Assembly (NCBI GenBank): GCA_025558095.1
Contig: JAIVFI010000038.1
Coordinates: 452,612 to 516,611, forward strand
Origin: Hyaloraphidium curvatum SAG 235-1
Taxonomy: Eukaryota; Fungi; Monoblepharomycota
Reading direction: 5' to 3'
DNA: 64,000 bases
Part shown: one piece after another, positions 9,633 through 20,241 of the stretch
Layout: each line of letters opens with the position of its first letter
Numbering within the stretch: the first letter of the stretch is position 1
The notes under the pieces: generated by a model
The model's database searches: none
Told to the model about the DNA's origin: nothing
What the model saw: the letters and a program-made list of their open reading frames with translations, nothing else
Translations under genes and position numbers: made by a program

Positions 9633-11641
9633 TCAGCTCGCGGCCATGAGGCACGCCAGCGGCACCAGCCCCTCGACCTTGCTCACCGCGTTCCTGCCCA
9701 TCGCCCAGCCGTCGTCGAACACCTGTTCCCCTTCCCATCAGCACCCATCCTCCCCCCTCAACACGGAAACGACCCACCTTGAGCACCGTCACCACGTCTC
9801 CCTTGTTCAGCACCATCTCGTCGTTCAGCTGCGGCGCGTACGGCCGCACGGCGACGTAGTCCCGGCCCTCCATCGTCGGGCTCTCGGGGCTCGCGGGGGC
9901 CCCGCGGCGGCGCGCGGAGGGGGTGGGCGCCAGCGCAGCGCCCGTGCCGGCTGCGACGGCTGCACCGGCGGCGATCGGCGGGGCGATGGTGTTGAACGGC
10001 ACGCTTTCGGGGTAGGCGGTCGACGGGTAGGCGGAGGAGGCGGCGGCGAGCTGCGCCGGGGGCACGTAGGCCGCGGGCTGCTGCTGCACCGCGGCGGTGC
10101 TCGCCGGGCGGGTCTGCTGCACCGTCGAGCTGGCCCCTTGGGCGGTGACGGGGACCATCTGCACCGCCTTCTCGGCGGGCTTGGGGCGGAGGAAGTACCA
10201 CAGCAATCCGGCGATGGCGAGCAGGCCGACGGCGCCGCCGATGGCGATGCCCACTATGGCGCCGGTGGAGAGGGCGGAGGAGGTGGGAGGGGGGACGGGG
10301 GAGGTCTGCCGGGCCGAGAGGCGGTGCGGGCGGGTCGGGGGCGGGGCGGGGACGCCCTCGTCCTCGTCGTCGAGCTGGAAGGATTCCAGCACGGGGCGGC
10401 GGCGCGGGGGCGGGCGGGGGTCGGTGCGCGCCGGCACCGCGGGCTCGAAGTATTCGTCCTCGTCGAAGGCGTCGGCGGAGGTCGGATCGGCCATGTCCAC
10501 GGGCTCGAGCTCCATCACCGCGCGGCCGGAGGACTGGTAGCTCACGCCGCCGCAGCGCCGCACGCCGCAGGCGGGAGAGCGGGTGAGCGAGCAGACCGTG
10601 GCGTCGACGGCGCAGGTGGAAAGGGGGGGCAGGGGGGGGAGCGGGCCGGCGAGGCGGTTCTTGGTCAGGTCGCTGGAGGGGGGTCGGGGGTTCAGCAAAG
10701 AGGAACCGGGGGATGTAAATGGAACTCACAGGTGACGGAGGGACCGGGGGAGCGGCGGGACGGCGCCGCTGAGCCTGTTCGAGGCGAGATCACTGGCGGC
10801 AGGGATGATCAGCGGCTCATTCTTCCACATGCCGGCGCGGAAACCCACGCTTTGACCAGCCTGGTCTCGTCCAGGTCCGGCAGGCTCCCCGACAGCGCGT
10901 TGCGCGACGCGTCCAGGCTCTCGAGCGTGCGGGGGAGCTGCGGCAGCGCGCCCGAGAGACGGTTGCCGGCGACGTTGCTGGCGGGGGGGTGCGCGTGAGC
11001 CGGAAATCCAGTACCATGGAAGAAGACGGTGACCCACAGGTGGATCACCGAGGAGTGGTGCGAGATCCAGGCGGGGAATCGGCCAGAGAGGCGGTTGAAC
11101 GACAGGTCGCTGGATGGGCCGATAAGCGCGGGCCCGAAGGAGCGGAAGAGATATGGAGCTTACAGCTTCTCCAGGCGGGTCAGCGAGGTCAGCGGCATCG
11201 ACGCGAGGTTGCCCGAGAGGAGGAGCTCCGGCGGAGGGTCCGCCCACGAACTGCGATAAGGAGGCACACCCGGTCAGACGCCTCCTCTTCCCCAAATAAC
11301 ACCAAGCTTCTTGGTTGGACGGACACCCACATCTCGACGACCCGCCCGTCCCTGCAGTCCACCCTCCCCTCTGCCGCCCCGCCCTCCCCGGCGAAGGCGG
11401 CGCGGAACCCGCAGCACTCTTCCCCGCGGCCCCACAGCCTTCGCGGCGTGATCCCGCCCTTTGCGAAGAACTCCTCCAGCGCCGCGCAGTCGCGCGACTG
11501 GGGTGGGCGGGCGAGGGCGCGCGCGGGGGCGGCAAACACCGCGAGCGCGGCCAGCGCGAGGAGCAGCCGGGCGGGGGAGAGGGCGGGCGGGCGGCGGCCC
11601 GTTCCGCACGGTCGCCGGGCGCTGAGAGAGAGGGATGCCAT
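9633..11641 (-). CDS. LRR receptor-like protein: signal peptide, plant-type LRRs, single TM, cytosolic SH3 domain; 6 introns
   Basis: Signal LLLALAALAVFAAPARA; cap DCAAL..W...CC..VDCRDGRVVEI; repeats DLSFNRLSGRFP, NVAGNRLSGALP, DASRNALSGSLP, DLASNRLSGAVP, DLTKNRLAGPLP; TM GAIVGIAIGGAVGLLAIAGLLWYF; SH3 YVAVRPYAPQLNDEMVLNKGDVVTVLK|VFDDGWAMGRN...EGLVPLACL. Confidence 0.85.
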
Positions 11642-12065
11642 GGCGGCGGCGCTGGCAGGGGGTGCCGGTTGGGTGGCCGGAGGGCGCGACGCGGGCGCGG
11701 CCCAAGCACCGCGTCCGCTGACGGCACGCGCCGGCGGGGGAAGCAATCCCCGCGCGGAACGAGGCGTGGAATTCGCCGCCGCTGGCACGGAGGCGGCGCG
11801 GGCGGAGGGCAGGGGTCGCGAATGGCGCGAGCGTCGTCAGATGCCAGGGCACGGTCACGCAGCCGCTGGCCCCGAACCCGCACTTGGACTCCCCGACCGC
11901 CCCCGCACCGAAGACGCCCGACGAATGGGCAATGTACACAATTGGAAAAGAGTATTCGTAGTAGAATTCATGTACCGCCCGAGTCCGGGTGCCCTTTCTC
12001 CCAGGTCTGCGAGGTCACCCGCACGCCTCCATCCGATCGACAGCCACCCTCCCGGCGGTCCCGTC

Positions 12066-12572
12066 CTACTCCAGCTTGCCGTCGAAGCCCGGAACCTCTG
12101 TCCCCGCCGCCGCAGATGTCAAGGGTACCTGCGTCCGCCCACCCGCCTCGTTCCCCGTTGCCTGTCGGTGAGAGACCAAAGAATAACGCCGGTTCAGGTC
12201 CCGAGTCGATGCCGTCCACGGGTCCACCGACCTCGTCGCCTCTCGCTTGTGCCTTCCCTGCATTCTCCGCAGCCGCCTCGCCCGCCCTGCGCCCCCCCTC
12301 GCCCTCCTGCCCGCCACGTCACCACCTTCCCCACAACGCACGCCGCCAACGAAACCCACCGCAACCCTCTCCTCCACCCTCCCCACCCCCTCCCCATCCT
12401 TCCCCCCCTCCTCCTTGCCCGCCTCCTGCGTCCCCATCCCGGCAACGGTCGCCGGCGCCGCCCCCTGCATCGGGTCCGCCTTCTCGGCCTGCGGCGTGGG
12501 GTGCGCCAGCAGCGTGGGGTGGGAGGAGAAGAAAAACTCGGAGGAGGAGTATTCCGCGCGGGGGGTGGACAT
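12066..12572 (-). CDS. possible short hypothetical protein
   Basis: ATG at 12572 opens MSTPRAEYSSSEFFFSSHP...; low complexity, no recognisable domain. Confidence 0.2.
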   Translation of the reverse strand: MSTPRAEYSSSEFFFSSHPTLLAHPTPQAEKADPMQGAAPATVAGMGTQEAGKEEGGKDGEGVGRVEERVAVGFVGGVRCGEGGDVAGRRARGGAGRARRLRRMQGRHKREATRSVDPWTASTRDLNRRYSLVSHRQATGNEAGGRTQVPLTSAAAGTEVPGFDGKLE

Positions 12573-12613
12573 TCCGGGGAGGGATGTCGGTTCGTCGGGG
12601 CTTTGCGTGGAGC

Positions 12614-12644
12614 GGGGTGGGTGGGGTGGGTGGGGTGGGTGGGG
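12614..12644 (+). repeat. (GGGGTGGGT)x3+ G-rich tandem repeat, G-quadruplex-forming
   Basis: ggggtgggtggggtgggtggggtgggtgggg: seven G3/G4 tracts with 1-nt T loops. Confidence 0.8.
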
Positions 12645-13397
12645 CAGCGCCGAATCGCCACCGCGTTCTTGCGTGCGCTGCCTCGCAGTCATGCCGACAA
12701 TGACAGCAAAGCGACAAGATCGCGCCCCCGCGTCCTACATCATCCATATTCTCCGCCTGTCCTCGGGCCACCCCGGCGCACCTCCCCCCCCTCCGCACTC
12801 GAGGCACGCGCAACGCGATCGATCGCGGGACCCGGGCTCGACCGCCAGCCCGTCGACGGCCGTCCACCCTCGGGCGGTGAGCTCCCCGTCGCCCGATCGA
12901 TCCGCAGGCACGCGATCCCAGTCCCCTTTGCCAGGCCGGGCTTGTATTCCGGGCTCGGCGTCGGGGACAGGGTGGGGGGCGGGCGTTCCGCACGCCGAAA
13001 ATCGCCGTCGGGCTCCATTATGGATGGCTAGCTCCTCATTACATGAATCCGGGATTCCCTTCGACCGACTAGGCAGTCCGCGGGCCGCCTAATCCGGTTC
13101 CCGCTAGCCGCCCGGCCGGCATCCCTCGCATCGCCGAACGGCGCTCGGAAGCGGGCGCCCGTGCATCGGAGCACCCGTGAGGTGCGAACGTTTTGCGATC
13201 CGGTGGCGGGGAAGTGTCTCTGCGCGGCGTGACATCGGTTGGCGATGGCCAAATCTACGCGGTCCCTGCGTCCTTGTCCTTGGGGCGGTGTCATTGCGCG
13301 CGCAATCCCCAAGCGCCCTCGGCCGGCCAAGGGACATTAGGGACAGCCCGACCAACCAAGCTCCGCGCGTTCTCCGATCCCCGCACCTGCCGAAACC

Positions 13398-14033
13398 ATG
13401 CGCATCGCGGCCGGCAACCTGCTCTTATTGGCGCTCGTCGCGGCGCTCGCACGGTGCGTCCGCGCGCGCCCGGCCGGCGCGCCCCAAGGCTGACGAGCAC
13501 CGCCCTCGCCATCCGCGTTCCGCGCAGGGCCGCCGCCGCCGCGCCCACCGGCGGCCTCGAGCTGGCCATCGGCGGGCCCGCCGGCCGCGACGGGGAGGAC
13601 GTGCGCTTCGTGGGCGCGTGCGCCGAGTGCGAGCCCGAGCAATACTGGTGGGCCCCCGCCGCGCCCCGCCGGTGCCCCCGCTCACCGCCGCCGGGATCGC
13701 AGCGAGGCCGCCTACCCCGGCGCACCCGACGGCTCCCTCGCCTGCGTGCGCTACGACACCGCGCGCCACCTCTACCGCAGGTACACATACTCGGTCTGCG
13801 CGACCGGCAAGTTCTGCAGCGGCGGCGCCGAGATCACGAGCGGCGAAGCGTACCCGGGCGCGGGCACCTACACCCAGTGCCAGACAAAGTGCCAGGAGGC
13901 GCCCGACTGCAAGATATGGGCCTTCGACTCCGACTCGAGCCTCTGCGAGCTCAAGTCGTCCTGCGTTGGCGTCCTGAACGCCGCCGCGGGATCGGCCTAC
14001 GGGGTCAGGAGCGACTACACCTGCCCAACCTGA
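13398..14033 (+). CDS. small secreted Cys-rich protein with PAN/apple-like C-terminus, 2 introns
   Basis: Signal MRIAAGNLLLLALVAALA; CAECEPEQY|CEAAYPGAPDGSLACVRY...LYRRY; TYTQCQTKCQEAPDCKIWAFDSDSSLCELKSSC (PAN-like Cys spacing). Confidence 0.75.
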
Positions 14034-14301
14034 CCGCGGGCCCCCGGTGGCGATCGGATCCGATCGCGAAATGGACGTTGGGAGTGCGTCGTGTACGTGG
14101 GACATCGCGAATCGGAGCGTCCTCCTCCTGCAAAGGATGCCTTCCCGCCGCCCAACGAACGGCGGCGCCTGCCGCGGCGGGCGCCCCCCCACCGGCGTCG
14201 CGCCGGCACGGCGGCGTCCGGCAGCTCAAAGTTGGCCGAGGTGCGGAGAGTCCGATCCCGGAATCCTGGCGTCAAGGATCCGATTCCCCGAAAATGTAGA
14301 T

Positions 14302-15954
14302 CTAGACAAAGACCGCCTGCACCTTCTCCTTCTTCTGCGTCACCCTCGACGCCCCCCCGTCCCAGGTCAGCCTCGGCCTCACCTTCACCCTCCTCACAAA
14401 CTCCCCCGGCGCCGCCAGGCCCCCGCCCCACCGCAGGGTGAACACCAGCGCCTCGCCCGTCTCCAACCCCAGCACCCCGTCCGCGAAGCTCACCGGCAGC
14501 CTCAGCCTGGCGCGCAAAACGTCGAACCAGTCCTGGCTGTGGAACCGGTGCACCACCGCCGCCGAGGCCAGCTCCAGCAGCTCCGCCGGCAGCGTCCGCG
14601 GGCTCTGCGTCGAGACCACCGTGCGCACGCCCAGGTGGCGCATCTGGCGCACCGCCGAGACCACCGCGCGGGAGAGGCCGTCGGTGCCGGCGGGGCGCAT
14701 GTACTTGTGCGCCTCGTCGAAGACGCACAGCCGCCCGTGGGCAGCGGGGCACGACAGGAACTTGGCCATGACGACGGCAAAGACGCCGTTGGCCTGCTCG
14801 CCGCTGAAGAGGGGGTCGGTGAGGTCCACGACGACCATCTGGTCCGGGGTGCGGAGGACGGCCGAGACGTCGGGTTGGCCGGCGTAGTAGGCCGCGTTGG
14901 AGGGGTCCTCGCGGAGGAAGGAGGCGAGCAGCTGCAGGCGGAGCTCGAGGGGGGATCGCTGCGCGTTGGTGAAGTCCATCTCGGCGATGTGCGCGCGGAA
15001 CTGGGCAAAGTTCGGCTTGGCGTCGGCCTTTTGCATTGACCGGAGGTAGTCGATCACGCTCTCCATGTAGAGCGGCATCTCGTCCACGTGCATGAGCGTC
15101 TGAAGGTCCGCAGCGTCCAGATCATCCCAGGAAAAGAGCAGCGGCTTGACGGCGACCGGGAACCCGAGGTTTTCGTAGACCCGCTTTCTCCGCTTGAAGT
15201 TGGCCGGGGAGACAAGCACGACCACGTTCTTGACCGCGCGCGCCATCCCCGCCGGAAGATCGCCCCGCGGCCGCGACAGCGTCACGGCCTCGCAGAAATT
15301 GTCCGGGCTCTGGTCATAATAGAACACCACGGCCGCCATCCCCGCGTCCCCGGCAATGTCCCGCGGCGAGTCCAGCAGGCAGTTCTCGATCACGCACGAC
15401 AGCGTGTGCGACTTGCCGGCGCCCTGCACGCCCACGGCCACCAGGCAGAACGGGGCGTGGGTGTTCATATAAACGTCGGACGCGCGTGCGTCGGCCAGGG
15501 CCGTGGTGCCCAGCCATCCGTAGTGAGGCACGGTGCCCGAGAGGACGGTCTGGCGGTCGACAAAAACCGACTCGATCTCGGGGCGGAGCTGCGGCCGCGC
15601 GCGGGGATCCGAGGCGGCGAAGGCCGAGAGGGGGAAGAGCGCGTCGGTCGCGTCGGGCACCCTCTTTGGAGCCGCAGGCACGTCGGGGACCGTCGCCGCT
15701 CCGTTCGCGCCCTCCTTCGCCTTCGGGCTCGTGAAAATCACGGGAGAAGGGCCCGTCGTGGGCGAAACGGGCGGCGGCAGCGAGGATCTGCCAAACTCGA
15801 AGGACGGCAGGTCGAACTTGAACGCGCTCGCCGGCTTGGCAGCCTTTGGCTTCGCGGCAGGCGCTTGCCCGCCGGTTCCGAATACAATCACCGGCGAGCC
15901 GCTGGTCGCCGCGGCCGGGGCCGGGGAGGCCTCGCCCGGCCCCGCGGATGTCAT
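14302..15954 (-). CDS. P-loop NTPase, HerA/FtsK-like, intronless
   Basis: Walker A GVQGAGKSHT; Walker B CVFDEAHKYM; RQMRHLGVRTVVSTQSP (HerA/VirB4-type R-finger and TQ motif); LETGEALVF. Confidence 0.8.
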   Translation of the reverse strand: MTSAGPGEASPAPAAATSGSPVIVFGTGGQAPAAKPKAAKPASAFKFDLPSFEFGRSSLPPPVSPTTGPSPVIFTSPKAKEGANGAATVPDVPAAPKRVPDATDALFPLSAFAASDPRARPQLRPEIESVFVDRQTVLSGTVPHYGWLGTTALADARASDVYMNTHAPFCLVAVGVQGAGKSHTLSCVIENCLLDSPRDIAGDAGMAAVVFYYDQSPDNFCEAVTLSRPRGDLPAGMARAVKNVVVLVSPANFKRRKRVYENLGFPVAVKPLLFSWDDLDAADLQTLMHVDEMPLYMESVIDYLRSMQKADAKPNFAQFRAHIAEMDFTNAQRSPLELRLQLLASFLREDPSNAAYYAGQPDVSAVLRTPDQMVVVDLTDPLFSGEQANGVFAVVMAKFLSCPAAHGRLCVFDEAHKYMRPAGTDGLSRAVVSAVRQMRHLGVRTVVSTQSPRTLPAELLELASAAVVHRFHSQDWFDVLRARLRLPVSFADGVLGLETGEALVFTLRWGGGLAAPGEFVRRVKVRPRLTWDGGASRVTQKKEKVQAVFV

Positions 15955-16645
15955 TCGAAAACTGGGGAGCGCAGGGACCTGGGTCCCGCCGCCGAGTCGG
16001 CCTCAAAATCGAGGACGGCCATTAGCTGGACAAATCGTCGCCGTATCCACGATCAGAAGCATCTCTGGCATTCAGCTAATCAGTGCAGCGTTAGGCAGGC
16101 TGCGACCGAACTTGAAGCGTTTCAAAGCCATCGCGCCGCCCGAGTCCGAGCTTGACCGACGTCCTCCGGCGGCGACATTCTCGACGGTCCCGAAAGCAGC
16201 TTGCTTGATCAGTCGCTGGCGGTACCAGTTGCCGCACCTCCGCTCCTTGGTGGATTGGAAGGGTCGCTGGTTGATGATCTGCGGCGCGGCTGCCTGAAGC
16301 GTGAAAAGCTTGGCGTCGAGGAGGCCGATGTTCCGGCGCCGCTGCGCCTAGGCCGACCCCGAAGCAGCCGCGCGTGCCCGCTCCTGGTGTGCTGCCTGCA
16401 TCATGCGCGCCTCCTGCAACGCGCCTTTAGATGTCCCTGAAGAAGGTCCCTACGTCATGATCGCATAACACAAGGAAGAAAAGGGACGCCTCGAGCCCGA
16501 GTACTGCGACGCTTGATTACCAGGAAATGGAATCAGATGTCTTTCCAAGGGCTTGGTGTAAGACCACAACGTTGACGACTCTACTACTGAGGAACATCTA
16601 CCAGACCACTTTTGCCGCCCCGTGCCGCCCTCGCAGCAGCCCTCC

Positions 16646-17756
16646 TCACAAGCTCGCCTCCTCCTCGACCGTCCTGTCCACGTACCGCACCCTCGCCGCC
16701 GCCCCCTCCCTCGCCAGCGCCTTGATCGGGTGCTGCCCGTTGACCCGGCCCACGAGCGGCGTGCAGACCGAGTAGCCGAGGAGCGACTGGAGCTTGGGCG
16801 GCATGCGGATGAGGTCCGAGGGGGAGGTGACGAGGAAGTGGTTCTCGTACGGTCGCTGGAAACGGAGCAAGGGATGAGAGGGAGGACGGACCCTCGGCGG
16901 GCGAGAACCCACGATCCACGGCTCCCCGTAGACGCACGCCACCGCCATCCTCGACTTGTCCGTCGTGTTGGCCCCCGCGCTGTGCCACGCCGTGCTGACG
17001 AACATGCACACGCTCCCCGCCGGCGCGACGAACTGGATCCCCTGCTCGTGGTCGTTGGCCTCCGGGAGCCGGTCCTCGCCCCAGAGGTGCGAGCCAGGGA
17101 TTATATGGGTCCCGCCGTTGGCGCGCGTGAAGTCGTCGATGGCCCAGAAGCAGTTGACGAAGAAGAATTTGCGGGGGCGGGCCATGCGGGTGTAGTTGTC
17201 GTCGTTGTGCCACGGCTGCTTGTGCTCCCCCGGCAGCACCTCGATCGCCTGGCTCGCCGAAAGCAGGTAGTTGGGGTTCAGGACGTGGTCCAGCACGTTG
17301 AGGACCTTGGGGTGGAGGACGAGCGGCTCGACCACCGAGAGCTTGTTGACCAGGTGGTCCGTCCGCCGGGTCGTCTCGCCCTCTGCGGCAACAAGGAGAT
17401 CAGCACTCGCTCGACACGGTACGGAGGGGCGACGTGCCAAAGTAGTTGTGCCCGTGGTAGCCCGACTGCTCGCGGTGCACGGCCGCCTTGATCTTCCGGC
17501 ACAGGTCCGCCGACACCGCCTTCTCGATGACCACGTATCTGCGCGTTACCACCCGTCAGCCCCCATGCCCCTTCCCCCGGCGGCAAGGGACGCACCCGTC
17601 CTTCAGCAGCTTCTCCACGTTCGCCATCGTCTCGGGGCTCCTGTCCGCCTGCCGCGTCTGGTAGTCCAGCCCCTCCCCGGCGAACCGCGGCGAGATGTCC
17701 TTCTGCTCGTTCATAAGCTCGTTGATGTTGCGGGCGTCGAGCACGCGCGTCGACAT
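16646..17756 (-). CDS. phytanoyl-CoA dioxygenase (PhyH) family protein, 3 introns
   Basis: LLKDG|YVVIEKAVS...FEGETTRR...QPWHNDD...WAIDDFTRANGGTHIIPGSH...AGSVCMF...WHSAGANTTDKSR. Confidence 0.9.
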
Positions 17757-18166
17757 GGCGGCGAATGGGCAGGGGAGTGCGGAAATCGGGTGGTGTTGCG
17801 CCGCTGGATTGCGGGCGCCCGGGTGCGGCGGCGCGGGGGAGCAGACGGCGAGGTTCTCCGCGAAGGTCGGCGGGCGCGGAAGGAGCCGCGGCCGGTTTCG
17901 GGGCGGGGCGCGTGGGAGACGGAGGGGCGAAGAGGCAGGTGGCGCGGCGGCGGCGGCGAACGATCCGTCATTCCGCCTATCACTCGAACCTGGGCGCTTG
18001 ATTCCCCGCGATCGGATCCATAACATCTTTCCTAAGCCCAGGCGGAACACGTGTTTTCTCGATAAACCTGGACCGGTCTCTTCGGCACCTGCAATCGCCC
18101 TGCAACGCGAGGTGGCGACGATCGGACGCAACCCATCTATGCGCGCAGAACAAAGTGGGAAGCGGC

Positions 18167-20110
18167 CTAAAGGACCGCCGCGTCCATGAACGGCTCGATT
18201 ATTTCCATCGTCGTGTCATCCGCCGCGGCATCCACCCCCGCGTCCTCGGCGGTGGTGCCTTCAGCGAGGTCGTCGGTCTCCGAGCCGGCAAAGAGGCTGC
18301 CCATCGAGGCGCCGGTCACGTAGTCGATCCCCTCTACCGCGTCAATGTCCATGTCGGTGAAGATCTGGAACGAGCGGCGGAAGTCCGTGGTCTCGGCTGT
18401 CTTCTGCGGATCGGACGGGAAGGGTTAGGACCCGGCCCCCCTCGCGGGCCTTGCCGCGCATGCACTCACCCCGACCATGTCCCAGAGATCGTTCTCGCCG
18501 ATCCCGGCAAAGGCCTCGCTTAAATCGGGGTCCACGGCGTTGATCGCCTCGATCATCTCCGCCACCGTCGAGCCGAGCTCGATCCCCATGTCCACGAGCA
18601 TCTCGGTCAGCGTCTCCAGCGTGTCGCTGATCATGTCCATGATGGTGTCGGGGACGCCGGGCATGTTCATGAAGTACTGGATCCAGTGGAAGCTCGCCTC
18701 GCCCGAGTTGATCATGCGGGCCGCGTCGCGGAGGGTGCCGATGTAGACCATGCAAGGCTTGGCCGCGATTGTGCACATCGTCATGTTGACCTTGATGGTG
18801 TCGGAGATGGGCTCGAGCTTCCGGAACGCAGGGCCGAGCACGGCAGTGGGCACCTGGCCGCGGGGCCGCATCATGTTGACGTCGCTGGGGTAACCCGCGG
18901 GGTAAACGGCGCCGACGCGCATGCAGTCCGTCCGGCTCCAGATCCTCGGCGGGAACGGGCCCGAGGTCTTCCTGTTGGCGCCGGTGTGCATCACGAGGAA
19001 CTGCACGTTGGCCACGTTGGGGTTGTTGCCGGCCTGGCAGGGGTGGCCGAGGATGGCGGTGCCGTTGTTGTTCAGGCAGACGTCGCCGAGGCCTCGGTAG
19101 TTGGGAACCGGTCTTATCTCGACTGTAGGAGGATTCGTAGGTATTTCAACGGGGAGGTTGTCCATGAATTGCTGCTGCTGTGTCCAGTAGGTTTTGCTGA
19201 AGTTCGCCGGCACGTCCTTCTGGAACGGGTTGAAGGCGTAGAACCTGATGGTCGCGGGACTGAATTAGCGGCCGATCGAGTCGGAAAAGCTGCGGGCGCA
19301 AAATGCTTACCACTGCCCTGTGGCGTTCGGCTGCCCGAAGCAGCAGCTTGGTCCGGTCCCTGCAAGGAGCGTCGCCCATCCAGAGTTCAGGTCGGGCTTG
19401 ACCCATTGCAGCCCGGTCCCGGACTTCCCGGGGATGAAGATGCTGTACGACTCCGGTATGTCCGCGTACTGTTCGAAGAGCGGGGCCCCGATGTCGGCGC
19501 ACTGGTTCTGCTCCAGGTAGATCTTGCGGATCGTGCCCCCGTTCCCCTGGCTCCCGATGCTGAACTCGGTCGGCAAGTCCTGGTTGACGAGGCGGATGAC
19601 CATGCCCGTGGTCGCAAAGTTCGTGGCCCGCTCGCCGAGGCGGGCCCCGGCCGCGAGCGTTTGGTCGGATTCGTGCGGGGTAGTCGAGGTCTGCGCGCGG
19701 GGCGGGAGATCGCGCCGGCGGGGTGCCCGGGCGCGGCGCACGCGACGGCTGCGGGGCTTGGCGGCGGCTTTGGCGGCGATCGCAGCGGCCTTGGCGGACT
19801 GCGGTCCGCCGAATGCGAGCGCCACGGGTCCGAAGGCCTTCCGGAACCTGAGGAACTGCCGCGACTCTCCGCAGTCGCCCGAGTGCTCAGTGGTGTTGCG
19901 AGTGGCGAGCGAGAATTTTGCCGGGCACGAGTAAAGCGGGGCAGAGGTGGATGTGCCCACGGCCTGGGCCGACAGCCGATTGGCTGCATCTTCGCAGGCG
20001 CCGCGGGATGTGAACGACATGCAGCAGGGCACCAGACCGCCCTTGACGGCGCCATTGCACGAGGTCCGGGAGATCGAGGTGGAGCGCATGCTTCCGGAAG
20101 CCATCGGGGG
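18167..20110 (-). CDS. hypothetical multi-exon protein with Cys-containing core and acidic helical C-terminus
   Basis: Coding-like exons ~19311-19856, ~18470-19243 and 18167-18403 joined by GT-AG introns (e.g. 18404-18469). 5' start uncertain. Confidence 0.6.
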
Positions 20111-20241
20111 TGGTTTCATCACGGAGGAAGATCCCCGCTGGAAAGATGCTGCTGCTGCTTTCGTGCTGAAAATGTTCAACGAGCTCGACAAGCTGGAGAA
20201 AGAATGGCGCATGGCTGGTTGCAGAGACAAAGAAGTTGAAT

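Noticed and set aside
10989-13031. 680-aa plus-strand ORF and many similar long Arg/Pro/Gly-rich ORFs (e.g. 29931-32135 -, 52322-54211 -, 9481-10998 +)
   Set aside because: They are antisense or alternate-frame shadows of real genes in high-GC DNA, with no domain motifs.
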